From NCBI GenBank assembly GCA_965116495.1, contig OZ220696.1:3264001-3328000 (forward strand): DNA of 64,000 bases, written 5' to 3'. Position numbers and translations under genes: made by a program. The notes beneath the pieces were generated by a model that was not told where the DNA came from, made no database searches, and saw only the letters and a program-made list of their open reading frames with translations. This document shows positions 1 through 7,782 of this stretch, piece by piece (position 1 is the stretch's first letter; every line of letters starts with the position of its first letter). The DNA is from Gammaproteobacteria bacterium. Lineage in GTDB: Bacteria > Pseudomonadota > Gammaproteobacteria > Eutrophobiales > Eutrophobiaceae.

Positions 1-1
1 C

Positions 2-496
2 ACACGCGCTAAGTGGGAACCGAAGCGTGAATTGTCCGATGATGAAATTTCTGCTGATGCGATAACAAGTGATCTGAGAACACAGGATAATTCGTTATCT
101 TTTTGGCAGTGCGGTAGAGAGGAGCCCGTAAGACTCGAAGAGGTAGCGCTTGCTATAGCTGCTGGACGTGATTCTGTTGATAGACTTGATATTGTTTGGT
201 TGACAGATAATGAGCTACGGGATGATGGTCAAACTCTGAAGAATACTGAGGGGCGAACACCTGTTATTGATTTGTCCAAGTTACATGTTGATGTTTGCAG
301 GCTCGATTACATTCGACTTGGAAAGATTGCCCATAACGTTGTTCGTGCTCTAGATGAAAATCGTTATAAACGGATAACAAAACCGGGTGTAAAGAAGCTT
401 CTGACAGATGCAGTCGGGCAGGGACGTATCGAAATTGATGATCTTGAGGATAAAATTAAAACAGAAGTCCTAGAATCACTTGAGAAAGGAAAATAA
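2..496 (+). CDS. Hypothetical protein, 5'-truncated by the window edge
   Basis: The frame is open from position 2 (TRAKWEPKRELSDDEISADAITSDLRT...) to TAA at 494-496. It is visibly AT-richer than the neighbouring genes. No family recognised with confidence. Confidence 0.7.
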   Translation, partial: TRAKWEPKRELSDDEISADAITSDLRTQDNSLSFWQCGREEPVRLEEVALAIAAGRDSVDRLDIVWLTDNELRDDGQTLKNTEGRTPVIDLSKLHVDVCRLDYIRLGKIAHNVVRALDENRYKRITKPGVKKLLTDAVGQGRIEIDDLEDKIKTEVLESLEKGK

Positions 497-1625
497 CAGC
501 CCCGGAAACTATCGCGTCCTCACCATCCTGTCGTTACTGAGCACCTTTGGTGCGGCTGTGTATTTCATCGCCCCGTTGCTGGTGGGCGGATACGTAACCC
601 AACTCGGGTTCAGCAGCCAGCAGGGCGGCTACATCATCTCGGCGGAACTGGCGGGTTTTGCCTTAGCTGCGATACCGGCGGCAATCTGGGTAAAAAAGCT
701 CAATTGGCGCACGGCGCTGTACCTCTCCGCCGCTTGCGTCATCCTGATGAACCTGGTGACCTCGTCGTTGACCGGTTTTGCCCTGTTTCCCGTTATTCGT
801 TTTTTGAGTGGATTCGCCGCCGGCATACAACTGGCCGTGTGTATGGCCGTGATCCATCGGAACCTGGACCCGGACCGCAGTCTCGGCTACTGGTTCGGCC
901 TGCAATTGCTGGTGGGCTCAGTGGGGGTGATATTCCTTCCGGGTCTGATCGCGGATTTCGGAGTCGGCGCAGTGTTCCTGGTGATAGCGGGATTGCATGC
1001 ACTGTTGCTGTTATTCATCCGAATTATTCCCGACCGCGGTGAAATTGAACAAATGCCGGAAGTAAAAGTCACGGGTTCGATTCCTGTCCTGGTTGCGCTC
1101 GGTTTTGTCGGCCTTTATCTGTTCGAAGCGGGGATCATGGGCGTGTGGGCCTACTACGAACGCATCGGAGATGCCGGCGGAATTACAGCCCAGACCATTG
1201 GTTATGCGCTGTCGGCCAGCCTCTTCCTCGGCTTTCTCGGCTCCATGGCTACGGCCGCGCTGTCCACCCGTTTCAACCGCCTTGTTCCGGTTGCACTGGG
1301 GACCGGCCTGGCAATCCTGTGTACGGCGCTGTTGCTGACCGATTTTTCCACCGCCACCTATGTTATCAGTGTCGGTCTGTTCATATTCGCCTGGTATTTT
1401 ACCCTGCCGTACATTATGGGGTGTATCGCCAACGTGGATGCGACCGGCAGGCTGCTGATCCTGTCCAACCTGATAGCCGGCCTGGGTACCTCGACCGGTC
1501 CTGCCTGTGCCGCCCTGCTGCAGACTTCGGACAGTTTCGTTCCCGTCCTGTGGATGGGGATCATTACCATGCTGGTATCGATCCTGTTCATCTCGCGACT
1601 GGCCTTGCAACCGTCGAGGGAATAG
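480..1625 (+). CDS. MFS transporter
   Basis: 381 aa with about 12 hydrophobic segments, MFS-like loop motifs (WVKKLNWR, STRFNR) and RFLSGFAAG. The TTG start is uncertain. Confidence 0.85.
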   Translation: MRKENNSPGNYRVLTILSLLSTFGAAVYFIAPLLVGGYVTQLGFSSQQGGYIISAELAGFALAAIPAAIWVKKLNWRTALYLSAACVILMNLVTSSLTGFALFPVIRFLSGFAAGIQLAVCMAVIHRNLDPDRSLGYWFGLQLLVGSVGVIFLPGLIADFGVGAVFLVIAGLHALLLLFIRIIPDRGEIEQMPEVKVTGSIPVLVALGFVGLYLFEAGIMGVWAYYERIGDAGGITAQTIGYALSASLFLGFLGSMATAALSTRFNRLVPVALGTGLAILCTALLLTDFSTATYVISVGLFIFAWYFTLPYIMGCIANVDATGRLLILSNLIAGLGTSTGPACAALLQTSDSFVPVLWMGIITMLVSILFISRLALQPSRE

Positions 1626-1651
1626 CCAGAATTCAGGAATAGTCGAGCTGG

Positions 1652-2989
1652 TCAGCCCCCACCCCCATTCTCCCGGGCTTCCCACAGTGTTTGCCAATGA
1701 TTAACCATATAAAAGGGAATGGACACAACCGGCTTTTGATATTGCAGCGGCGCGGCCGATATTTTAATTCCCCATCCCTGTCTTTTTTCCTGGAAATACT
1801 GGTGCAGGCTTCTCAGCCGCCCGGTTTTCCCGGCTTTTACTTCTATCGGGACCAGGTCCGTAACGGACTGGCAGACATAATCAATTTCAGCGTTGCTGCT
1901 TCTGGCTTCCCTGGCCCAGTAATACAGCGCCGGCCTGGCGAAACAGTCCTGACAGGCAATCAGTTCCTGCCCGACAAATTGTTCCATTAACGCGCCGTGG
2001 TAGATCGCCATCAAGTCCTTTTCCCGGATAATGTCCGTCGCCAGGCCACAGAGGTTTTGCATCAACCCGACGTCAAGAAACAGCACCTTGAAAAAACGCT
2101 CATTGATATTTGCTCCCAGGGGCAGACCCTCAGCGGATGACTTGATGACTTTGTGATACACACCGGCCAGCGTTAGTAATTCCAAGGCAGTTTTTATATT
2201 TCTGGAAAGTTCGTCAGGGTCAACCCTGGCATATTTGAACTTGTTCCCCACCTGTTGCACGGCGGACTGGAATACCTTGCCGACGTTTTCATGTCGTCCG
2301 GATTTTACATATTTGTTGAAATCGTCCCGGTAAGTCTGTAGCAGGGAGGTCTGGATCTGGCGGCAATGTTCATAGTTCCCGGATTCCCGGTATTCTGCCA
2401 CCACTTCGGGCATGCCGCCGATGAGCAGGTATTGTCTTACCCGGTCAAGCAGGGTGTCGTGAACCACCGGTTCTTCGAACAAACCCCGGTTGTGTCTGAG
2501 CGCTTCAACTACCGTTTCCTGCCCCTGCGCAATGAGAAATTCTTCAAAACTCATAGGCTTCATATACAGGTATTGAACACGCCCCACCGGCATGGAAATA
2601 CCGCTTGCGTGCAGGGTTAATTCCAGCAACGAACCTGCCGCGATCACGTGCAGTTCCGGGGCTTCCTCATAGAAGTAGCGCAACGCCGAAACAGCCTTGG
2701 GAAATGCCTGAATCTCGTCGATAAACAACAGTGTTCTACCGGGAATCACCTTTTGCCCGGTCAGTATTTCGATCTTGTTCACTATCTCCCTGGGGTTCAT
2801 GCTTCGGAACAGCTCCGCAACATGCGGCTCCGACTCAAGATTGATGACCGCCATATCAGCGAATTCCTGCTTGCCAAAGCGCTGCACGGACCAGGATTTG
2901 CCTACCTGACGCGCGCCTCGGATCAATAACGGCTTGCGCCTGGAAGAATCCTTCCAGGCTCGCAGCACGGCATCAATAGAACGCTTCAT
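1652..2989 (-). CDS. AAA+ ATPase (AAA_14) with C-terminal DUF4143 PD-(D/E)XK-like domain
   Basis: Walker A GARQVGKS, Walker B LFIDEIQ, GGMPEVV, and C-terminal EIDYV...PIEVK. ATG at 2989 (MKRSIDAVL). Confidence 0.9.
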   Translation of the reverse strand: MKRSIDAVLRAWKDSSRRKPLLIRGARQVGKSWSVQRFGKQEFADMAVINLESEPHVAELFRSMNPREIVNKIEILTGQKVIPGRTLLFIDEIQAFPKAVSALRYFYEEAPELHVIAAGSLLELTLHASGISMPVGRVQYLYMKPMSFEEFLIAQGQETVVEALRHNRGLFEEPVVHDTLLDRVRQYLLIGGMPEVVAEYRESGNYEHCRQIQTSLLQTYRDDFNKYVKSGRHENVGKVFQSAVQQVGNKFKYARVDPDELSRNIKTALELLTLAGVYHKVIKSSAEGLPLGANINERFFKVLFLDVGLMQNLCGLATDIIREKDLMAIYHGALMEQFVGQELIACQDCFARPALYYWAREARSSNAEIDYVCQSVTDLVPIEVKAGKTGRLRSLHQYFQEKRQGWGIKISAAPLQYQKPVVSIPFYMVNHWQTLWEARENGGGG

Positions 2990-3119
2990 GGTTGGCGCCT
3001 CCGGCAAATAAGAAGGCACTATAATGCAGAAATGTCAAAAATACAAGGTTATTATTAACAGTAATTGTTAAAAATATACGGTAATAAACAACATATTCTG
3101 TCTGAAATACCACCATAAA

Positions 3120-3416
3120 GTGGATTTATCTGAGGAGGAGCAGGAATTTATTGGCCTGTGTGCCGAGTTTCCCAGCCTGAGTTGGCTGGACCCTGATCAT
3201 GATAATGCCCTCAGAGGCATTCGCTCACTTGTCAATGAGTGCCTGGAGGATATGGTACGAGCCAAAGAGAAAATTCCTGTTCCTGTCTCTACTCGACAAT
3301 ATAGTGGGAAATTCATCGTTCGTATTCCGCCGGAAGTACACCGAAACCTCGCTATAGAAGCTGCTGAATCCGGTATTAGTTTAAACCGTATCATCAGCGC
3401 CAGACTGGCGCACTAA
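3120..3416 (+). CDS. hicB: HicB-family antitoxin (orphan, start uncertain)
   Basis: GLCAEFPSLSW N-terminal domain plus RHH tail YSGKFIVRIPPEVHRNLAIEAAESGISLN. No hicA upstream. Confidence 0.85.
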   Translation: MDLSEEEQEFIGLCAEFPSLSWLDPDHDNALRGIRSLVNECLEDMVRAKEKIPVPVSTRQYSGKFIVRIPPEVHRNLAIEAAESGISLNRIISARLAH

Positions 3417-3422
3417 CTCCAA

Positions 3423-5777
3423 TTAACCAACCTTCCCCAACGCCCTCAATATCTTCTCTGGCGTAAACGGCTGTGAGGTCACCTCTGCCCCGAAGGGTTC
3501 AAGCGCATCGTTGATCCCGTTCATGATCGCGCCGCACACGGCGATGATGCCGGCCTCGCCGCAGCCCTTGGCGCCCAGTTGCGTGGACTTTGTGGGTGTC
3601 TCGATATGATCGCATTCGATGTCCGGCATCTCGCCGGCCATGGGCACCAGATATTCGAACATGTTGCCGTTCAGTAACTGGCCGTTTTCATCGTAGATAC
3701 ATTCCTCATACAGGCTTGAACCGATCCCCTGGACGATGCTGCCGCGCATCTGCTCGACAACCAGCTTTTCATTGATGATGCGCCCGCAGTCATCCACGGT
3801 CCAGATTTTGTTCAACGTTACCAGGCCGGTATTGACGTCCACCTCCAGGGATACGCCCAGGGCGCAGTTGGCGTAGACCATGAGTTGTTCGCGCTGGCTG
3901 TAATGGCGGGTGACGATCAGTTCCGGTTCAAACTCCGCCGGCAGTGTATGGGTATTGAAATGGACCGTATTGCCGATCTCCGCCAGGGATGAGACTTTCT
4001 CATTCGTCTCCAGGTTGAAGATCTCGCCGGCCCTGATAGCCAGGATGTCCGCTGGTTGTTCATGGATGGCAGCGGCTACCTCCAGTATCTTCTCCCCCAT
4101 TTCCGTTGCCGCCAGCAGGCAGGCTTCGCCCGCGATTGCCGTACTCCTGGATGCCCAGGTGCCGCCGCCGAAAGGCGTGGTAGCGGTGTCGCCCGTGACG
4201 ACGTTGATTTCATCCCGGGCAACGCTGAGCACATCGGAGACGATCGACATCACTACTGCCTCGCCGCCCTGGCCCTGGTCGGTCAGGCCTGTCGCACAAG
4301 AGATGTTGCCGCCGGCTTCCAGGCGCAGGGTACAGGCGTCCCGGGAACTGATGGGCGCGCCGCCCGCTGCATAGAGAGCAGGACTTGGGGAGGTGCCCTC
4401 CACAACGGTTGCGAGGCCGATACCCTGATATTTCCCCTTGTCACGCCCTGCATCCCGTTCCTGCTGCAGCCTGTTGTAGTCCATCATCTGCAACAATTTA
4501 TCCAGCGAGGCCTGTTGCGACAGGCACTCAAGGTATTCGCCGGAAATTCCGGTAACGGGATACGCGTCATCCCTGAACAGGTTGCGTTTCCTGATCTCTG
4601 CCTTGTCGAGACCCGTCGCCCTTGCAGCCGCGTCCACCAGTCCCTCTGCCACCAGGCTGGCGACGGGCATGCCCACGCCGCGATACTGGCCGGTGCTGAC
4701 CTTGTTCTGGTAGACCAGCGAGGCATTGGCCCGGTAGTGTTTCAGGTCGTATGCCAGCGGCGTGCAGATAGCGACCAGCAGGGGTTCGATCACGCTGGTG
4801 CGGGGATGGATCAGGTAAGGCCCGGCGCCGGCCAGGTCGTCTACTTCCAGGGCCTGTATCTTGCCGTCGTTATTGACCCCGATGCGCGCCTTTACCCGGT
4901 GTCCGCGGGCATGGATATCGGAAACAAACGACTCCAGCCGGTCGGCGACGAATTTCACCGGCCGACGGATCAACATGCTGATGGCTGCGGTGGCAATCTC
5001 ATCGGAATAAACGTGCAATTTCAAGCCGAAGCCGCCGCCGATATCCGGACAGATTATGCGCACGTTCGCTTCGTTCAAGCCCAGTTGCCGTGCGTAAATA
5101 TAGCGCTGTATGTGGGGCACCTGGCTGGTCAGGTACAGGGTCAGGTAGCGCCTGGCGGGGTCATAATCGGCAATGGCGCCGCGCGGTTCCAGCGTCACGC
5201 CGGTTTGCCGATCCACCTGGAAAGTTTTCTCTATGACTACGTCTGACCCGGCCAGGGCCTCATCCACTTCACCGGCATCGATGTTGATTGACCAGGCGAC
5301 GTTGGTTCCGAGGTCGGGATGAACCAGGGGCGCATCCGGTTTCAGAGCTGTCTCCGGGTCGACTACAGCCGGCAGTTCCGCATAATCCACTTCAACCAGT
5401 TCCGCCGCATCCTCGGCAACGGCCCTTGAACCGGCCACCACGGCCGCTACCGGTTCACCCTGCCAGCGAACAATGTCCGCCGGCAGCGCGGCCTGCGGCG
5501 CGGTCCTCATCTCGCCCAGGTTGGTCAGTTGCGCAGTCCAGGGTTGGCAGACAGCAGCAATATCCCGGCCGGTGATAACGTGACTAACACCACTGACTTC
5601 CCGGGCTGCCGAAGTGTCTATACTGACAATTCTTGCGTGGGCGTATGGACTGCGTACGTAACAGACATGCAGCATCCCGGTCAAGGTGATGTCATCCAGG
5701 TAACGGCCCCGCCCCTGGATGAATTTGCGGGCGTTAGGCCTGGGCAGGACCGGGTCGGTAATGTAGGGATCAGGCAT
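3423..5777 (-). CDS. Xanthine-oxidase-family molybdopterin large subunit (CoxL/QorL-like)
   Basis: VRSPYAHARI, GGGFGLK, active-site loop QYRGVG, GGTWASR, GAKGCGE. Confidence 0.93.
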   Translation of the reverse strand: MPDPYITDPVLPRPNARKFIQGRGRYLDDITLTGMLHVCYVRSPYAHARIVSIDTSAAREVSGVSHVITGRDIAAVCQPWTAQLTNLGEMRTAPQAALPADIVRWQGEPVAAVVAGSRAVAEDAAELVEVDYAELPAVVDPETALKPDAPLVHPDLGTNVAWSINIDAGEVDEALAGSDVVIEKTFQVDRQTGVTLEPRGAIADYDPARRYLTLYLTSQVPHIQRYIYARQLGLNEANVRIICPDIGGGFGLKLHVYSDEIATAAISMLIRRPVKFVADRLESFVSDIHARGHRVKARIGVNNDGKIQALEVDDLAGAGPYLIHPRTSVIEPLLVAICTPLAYDLKHYRANASLVYQNKVSTGQYRGVGMPVASLVAEGLVDAAARATGLDKAEIRKRNLFRDDAYPVTGISGEYLECLSQQASLDKLLQMMDYNRLQQERDAGRDKGKYQGIGLATVVEGTSPSPALYAAGGAPISSRDACTLRLEAGGNISCATGLTDQGQGGEAVVMSIVSDVLSVARDEINVVTGDTATTPFGGGTWASRSTAIAGEACLLAATEMGEKILEVAAAIHEQPADILAIRAGEIFNLETNEKVSSLAEIGNTVHFNTHTLPAEFEPELIVTRHYSQREQLMVYANCALGVSLEVDVNTGLVTLNKIWTVDDCGRIINEKLVVEQMRGSIVQGIGSSLYEECIYDENGQLLNGNMFEYLVPMAGEMPDIECDHIETPTKSTQLGAKGCGEAGIIAVCGAIMNGINDALEPFGAEVTSQPFTPEKILRALGKVG

Positions 5778-6255
5778 CGGCTTTCTTCGCTGCTATCTCT
5801 TCAATAGCGTCGACGATCGCGTGGTAACCGGTGCAGCGGCAATAGTTGCCGGACAGGAAAGCCCGGATCGATTCCCGTTCGGTCGCCGCGTGCGTATCCA
5901 GAAACTCCGCCGCGGAGATCAACATGCCGGGGGTACAGAACCCGCATTGGGCCGCGTTGTGCCTGAGGAATGCCTCCTGCAGGTCGGCCAATTCCCCGCT
6001 GTCCGTGACTCCCTCGATGGTTTCGATGGAATGCCCGTGCGCCTGCGCCGCCAGGGTCAGGCAGGAACGGGCGATACGGCCGTCGAACCTGACCGTACAG
6101 GCGCCGCAGATACCCTGCTCGCAACCGACGTGGGTGCCGGTCAGCCCCACCCGGTGGCGCAAGAAGTCAGCCAGGCTTTCCCGCGCCGGCACCTCGGCCT
6201 CTACCAGGGCGCCGTTGACTGTAATCGCAACGGAAAAATGCGCTTCCTTATCCAT
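5770..6255 (-). CDS. 2x[2Fe-2S] small subunit (CoxS-like)
   Basis: GCEQGICGAC, QCGFCTPG, NYCRCTGY. Confidence 0.95.
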   Translation of the reverse strand: MDKEAHFSVAITVNGALVEAEVPARESLADFLRHRVGLTGTHVGCEQGICGACTVRFDGRIARSCLTLAAQAHGHSIETIEGVTDSGELADLQEAFLRHNAAQCGFCTPGMLISAAEFLDTHAATERESIRAFLSGNYCRCTGYHAIVDAIEEIAAKKADA

Positions 6256-7102
6256 ACAATTCCTCTATAACCTCTCTCAGGTAGTGTTTAGCCAGATGCC
6301 GCTTCATCGCCGTACCCATATTGCTGTCGCCCGTTATCTCAACGTCTTCATCCACCGCGGCGACCGCCTGTTCGACCAGGTCTGCCGTCAGGGTCTTGTT
6401 TACCAGCAGTTGCGCGACCCGGGCGGCCAGCACGGGGGTGTTGGCCACCGCAAAGAATACCGGGCTGAAGGAAGTAAACACCCCGTCTTCTAGTTCTGCG
6501 TTGACCACCAGGCCGGTTGCAGCGAAATCACCCCGGCGCCGTACAAACTCGCGCATAGCGTATACGGTCGTCTCTGCGGCAAGAGGGAAGGCGATCGACG
6601 TCATCAGGTCATTTTCCTGCAGGTCGGTTTCATACAGGTCCTTGAAATAATCACGGGCGCGCACGACCCTAGTGCCTTGCCTGTTTTGTATCGTGATAAC
6701 GGCGTCCAGGGCGACACAGCAGGCCGGCAGTTCAGAAGCGGGGTCAGCCAGCGACACGTTGCCGCCGATCGTGCCCCGGTTACGTACAGCCGCATGGGCC
6801 ACGTGCCGGATTGCGGTTGCCAGCAGGGGTGCGTGCCGTGCAACGAGTTCGGATTGCTCAAGTTCTGCGTGCCGCGTCAGCGCGCCGACGCGCAACATGC
6901 CGGCTTCCTGCGAAATTCCTTTGAGTTCATCCAGGTCATTGATGTCGATGAGCATGTCGGGCGCGGACAGGCGCATGTTCAGGGTGGGATTAAGACTCTG
7001 CCCGCCCGCCAGGATCTTGACAAAGCCTGCCGGCTGTTCCAGTAGTTCCAGGACCTGGTTCACGGTCCCGGCCCTGACGTAGTTGAATTGTGCGGGTTTC
7101 AC
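6248..7102 (-). CDS. FAD-binding medium subunit (CoxM-like)
   Basis: GTG start (VKPAQFNY), AGGQSL, RNRGTIGG, ADPASELP, RRRGDFA. Confidence 0.93.
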   Translation of the reverse strand: MKPAQFNYVRAGTVNQVLELLEQPAGFVKILAGGQSLNPTLNMRLSAPDMLIDINDLDELKGISQEAGMLRVGALTRHAELEQSELVARHAPLLATAIRHVAHAAVRNRGTIGGNVSLADPASELPACCVALDAVITIQNRQGTRVVRARDYFKDLYETDLQENDLMTSIAFPLAAETTVYAMREFVRRRGDFAATGLVVNAELEDGVFTSFSPVFFAVANTPVLAARVAQLLVNKTLTADLVEQAVAAVDEDVEITGDSNMGTAMKRHLAKHYLREVIEELYG

Positions 7103-7126
7103 AGTCAGTCTAGCCTCTACTTTTCC

Positions 7127-7150
7127 GGGGACAGATTTAAATCTGTCCCC
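7127..7150. repeat. REP-like palindrome, family B (GGGGACAG...CTGTCCCC)
   Basis: Perfect 24-bp palindrome GGGGACAGATTTAAATCTGTCCCC. It contains the stop codon of the upstream coxG-like gene. Confidence 0.85.
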
Positions 7151-7607
7151 CGTTCTCTGCGCTTCCTTCGATTGCCGCACACACGTTCTGAGCCAGTTTT
7201 TCCCAGATGGCATCGGCCTTCTTCATCATCATGCCGGCCCCGTATTTGCCGAGGCGGCCGGTGATGGACGATTCCGAACTGCAGTAGACCCGGGTGGAAC
7301 CGTCATCATTTGCGCGCAGGCGCACGATGTTATCAGCAGTCAGCATGCTGGCCCGGGTGCCTTCCTCGCCGCGGGTCTTGGAGATGATTTCAACGGGCGG
7401 CGTTTCTTCGATGATTTCCAGATCCAGGTTGAACTTCGCAGAGATCGGCCCCACCTTGACGGCAACCCGCGCCTTGTAGCGGGTTGCATCGACAGCAGTG
7501 ATCTCCTTGCAACCGGGGATGCACGGCGCCATCTTTTCCGGGTCTTTGGCAAAATCCCAGACGGTTTGCGCGGGCGCCTGCACTGTAAATGTCTTCTCTA
7601 CTTTCAT
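7137..7607 (-). CDS. CoxG/SRPBCC-family accessory protein
   Basis: VWDFAKDPEKMAPCIPGC, KVGPISAKF, GRLGKYG. First gene of a G-M-S-L operon. Confidence 0.88.
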   Translation of the reverse strand: MKVEKTFTVQAPAQTVWDFAKDPEKMAPCIPGCKEITAVDATRYKARVAVKVGPISAKFNLDLEIIEETPPVEIISKTRGEEGTRASMLTADNIVRLRANDDGSTRVYCSSESSITGRLGKYGAGMMMKKADAIWEKLAQNVCAAIEGSAENGGQI

Positions 7608-7782
7608 CGATTCTTCTCCCCGGTTGACAGGAGTCTATTTTTTACCGGCCGCATAAGCAACCGGATTGTTCGGGTTGGCGGCGTGGGATTGGTATGACAG
7701 CAGGGAGCCGGTTTGCGAGCGGCGCCCCTGCTTGTTAAACTGAAAAGAGTACCAAGATTAAACGAGGCTAGCGATAAATACC

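Noticed and set aside
1652-2989. AAA_14-DUF4143 gene as a defined anti-phage system
   Set aside because: A common stand-alone family with no partner defence genes beside it. Function cannot be assigned from sequence.
4056-5246. Long antisense ORFs (also 22722-23891, 30900-31928, 11232-12071, 60292-61131)
   Set aside because: They are shadows of high-GC genes on the opposite strand and have no recognisable motifs.
7103-7213. N-terminal extension of the CoxM-like ORF in the ORF track
   Set aside because: It overlaps the coxG-like gene. Family similarity starts at the GTG at 7102.
7696-7736. Cobalamin or TPP riboswitch upstream of the TonB receptor
   Set aside because: No B12-box or TPP consensus recognised; only a simple hairpin.
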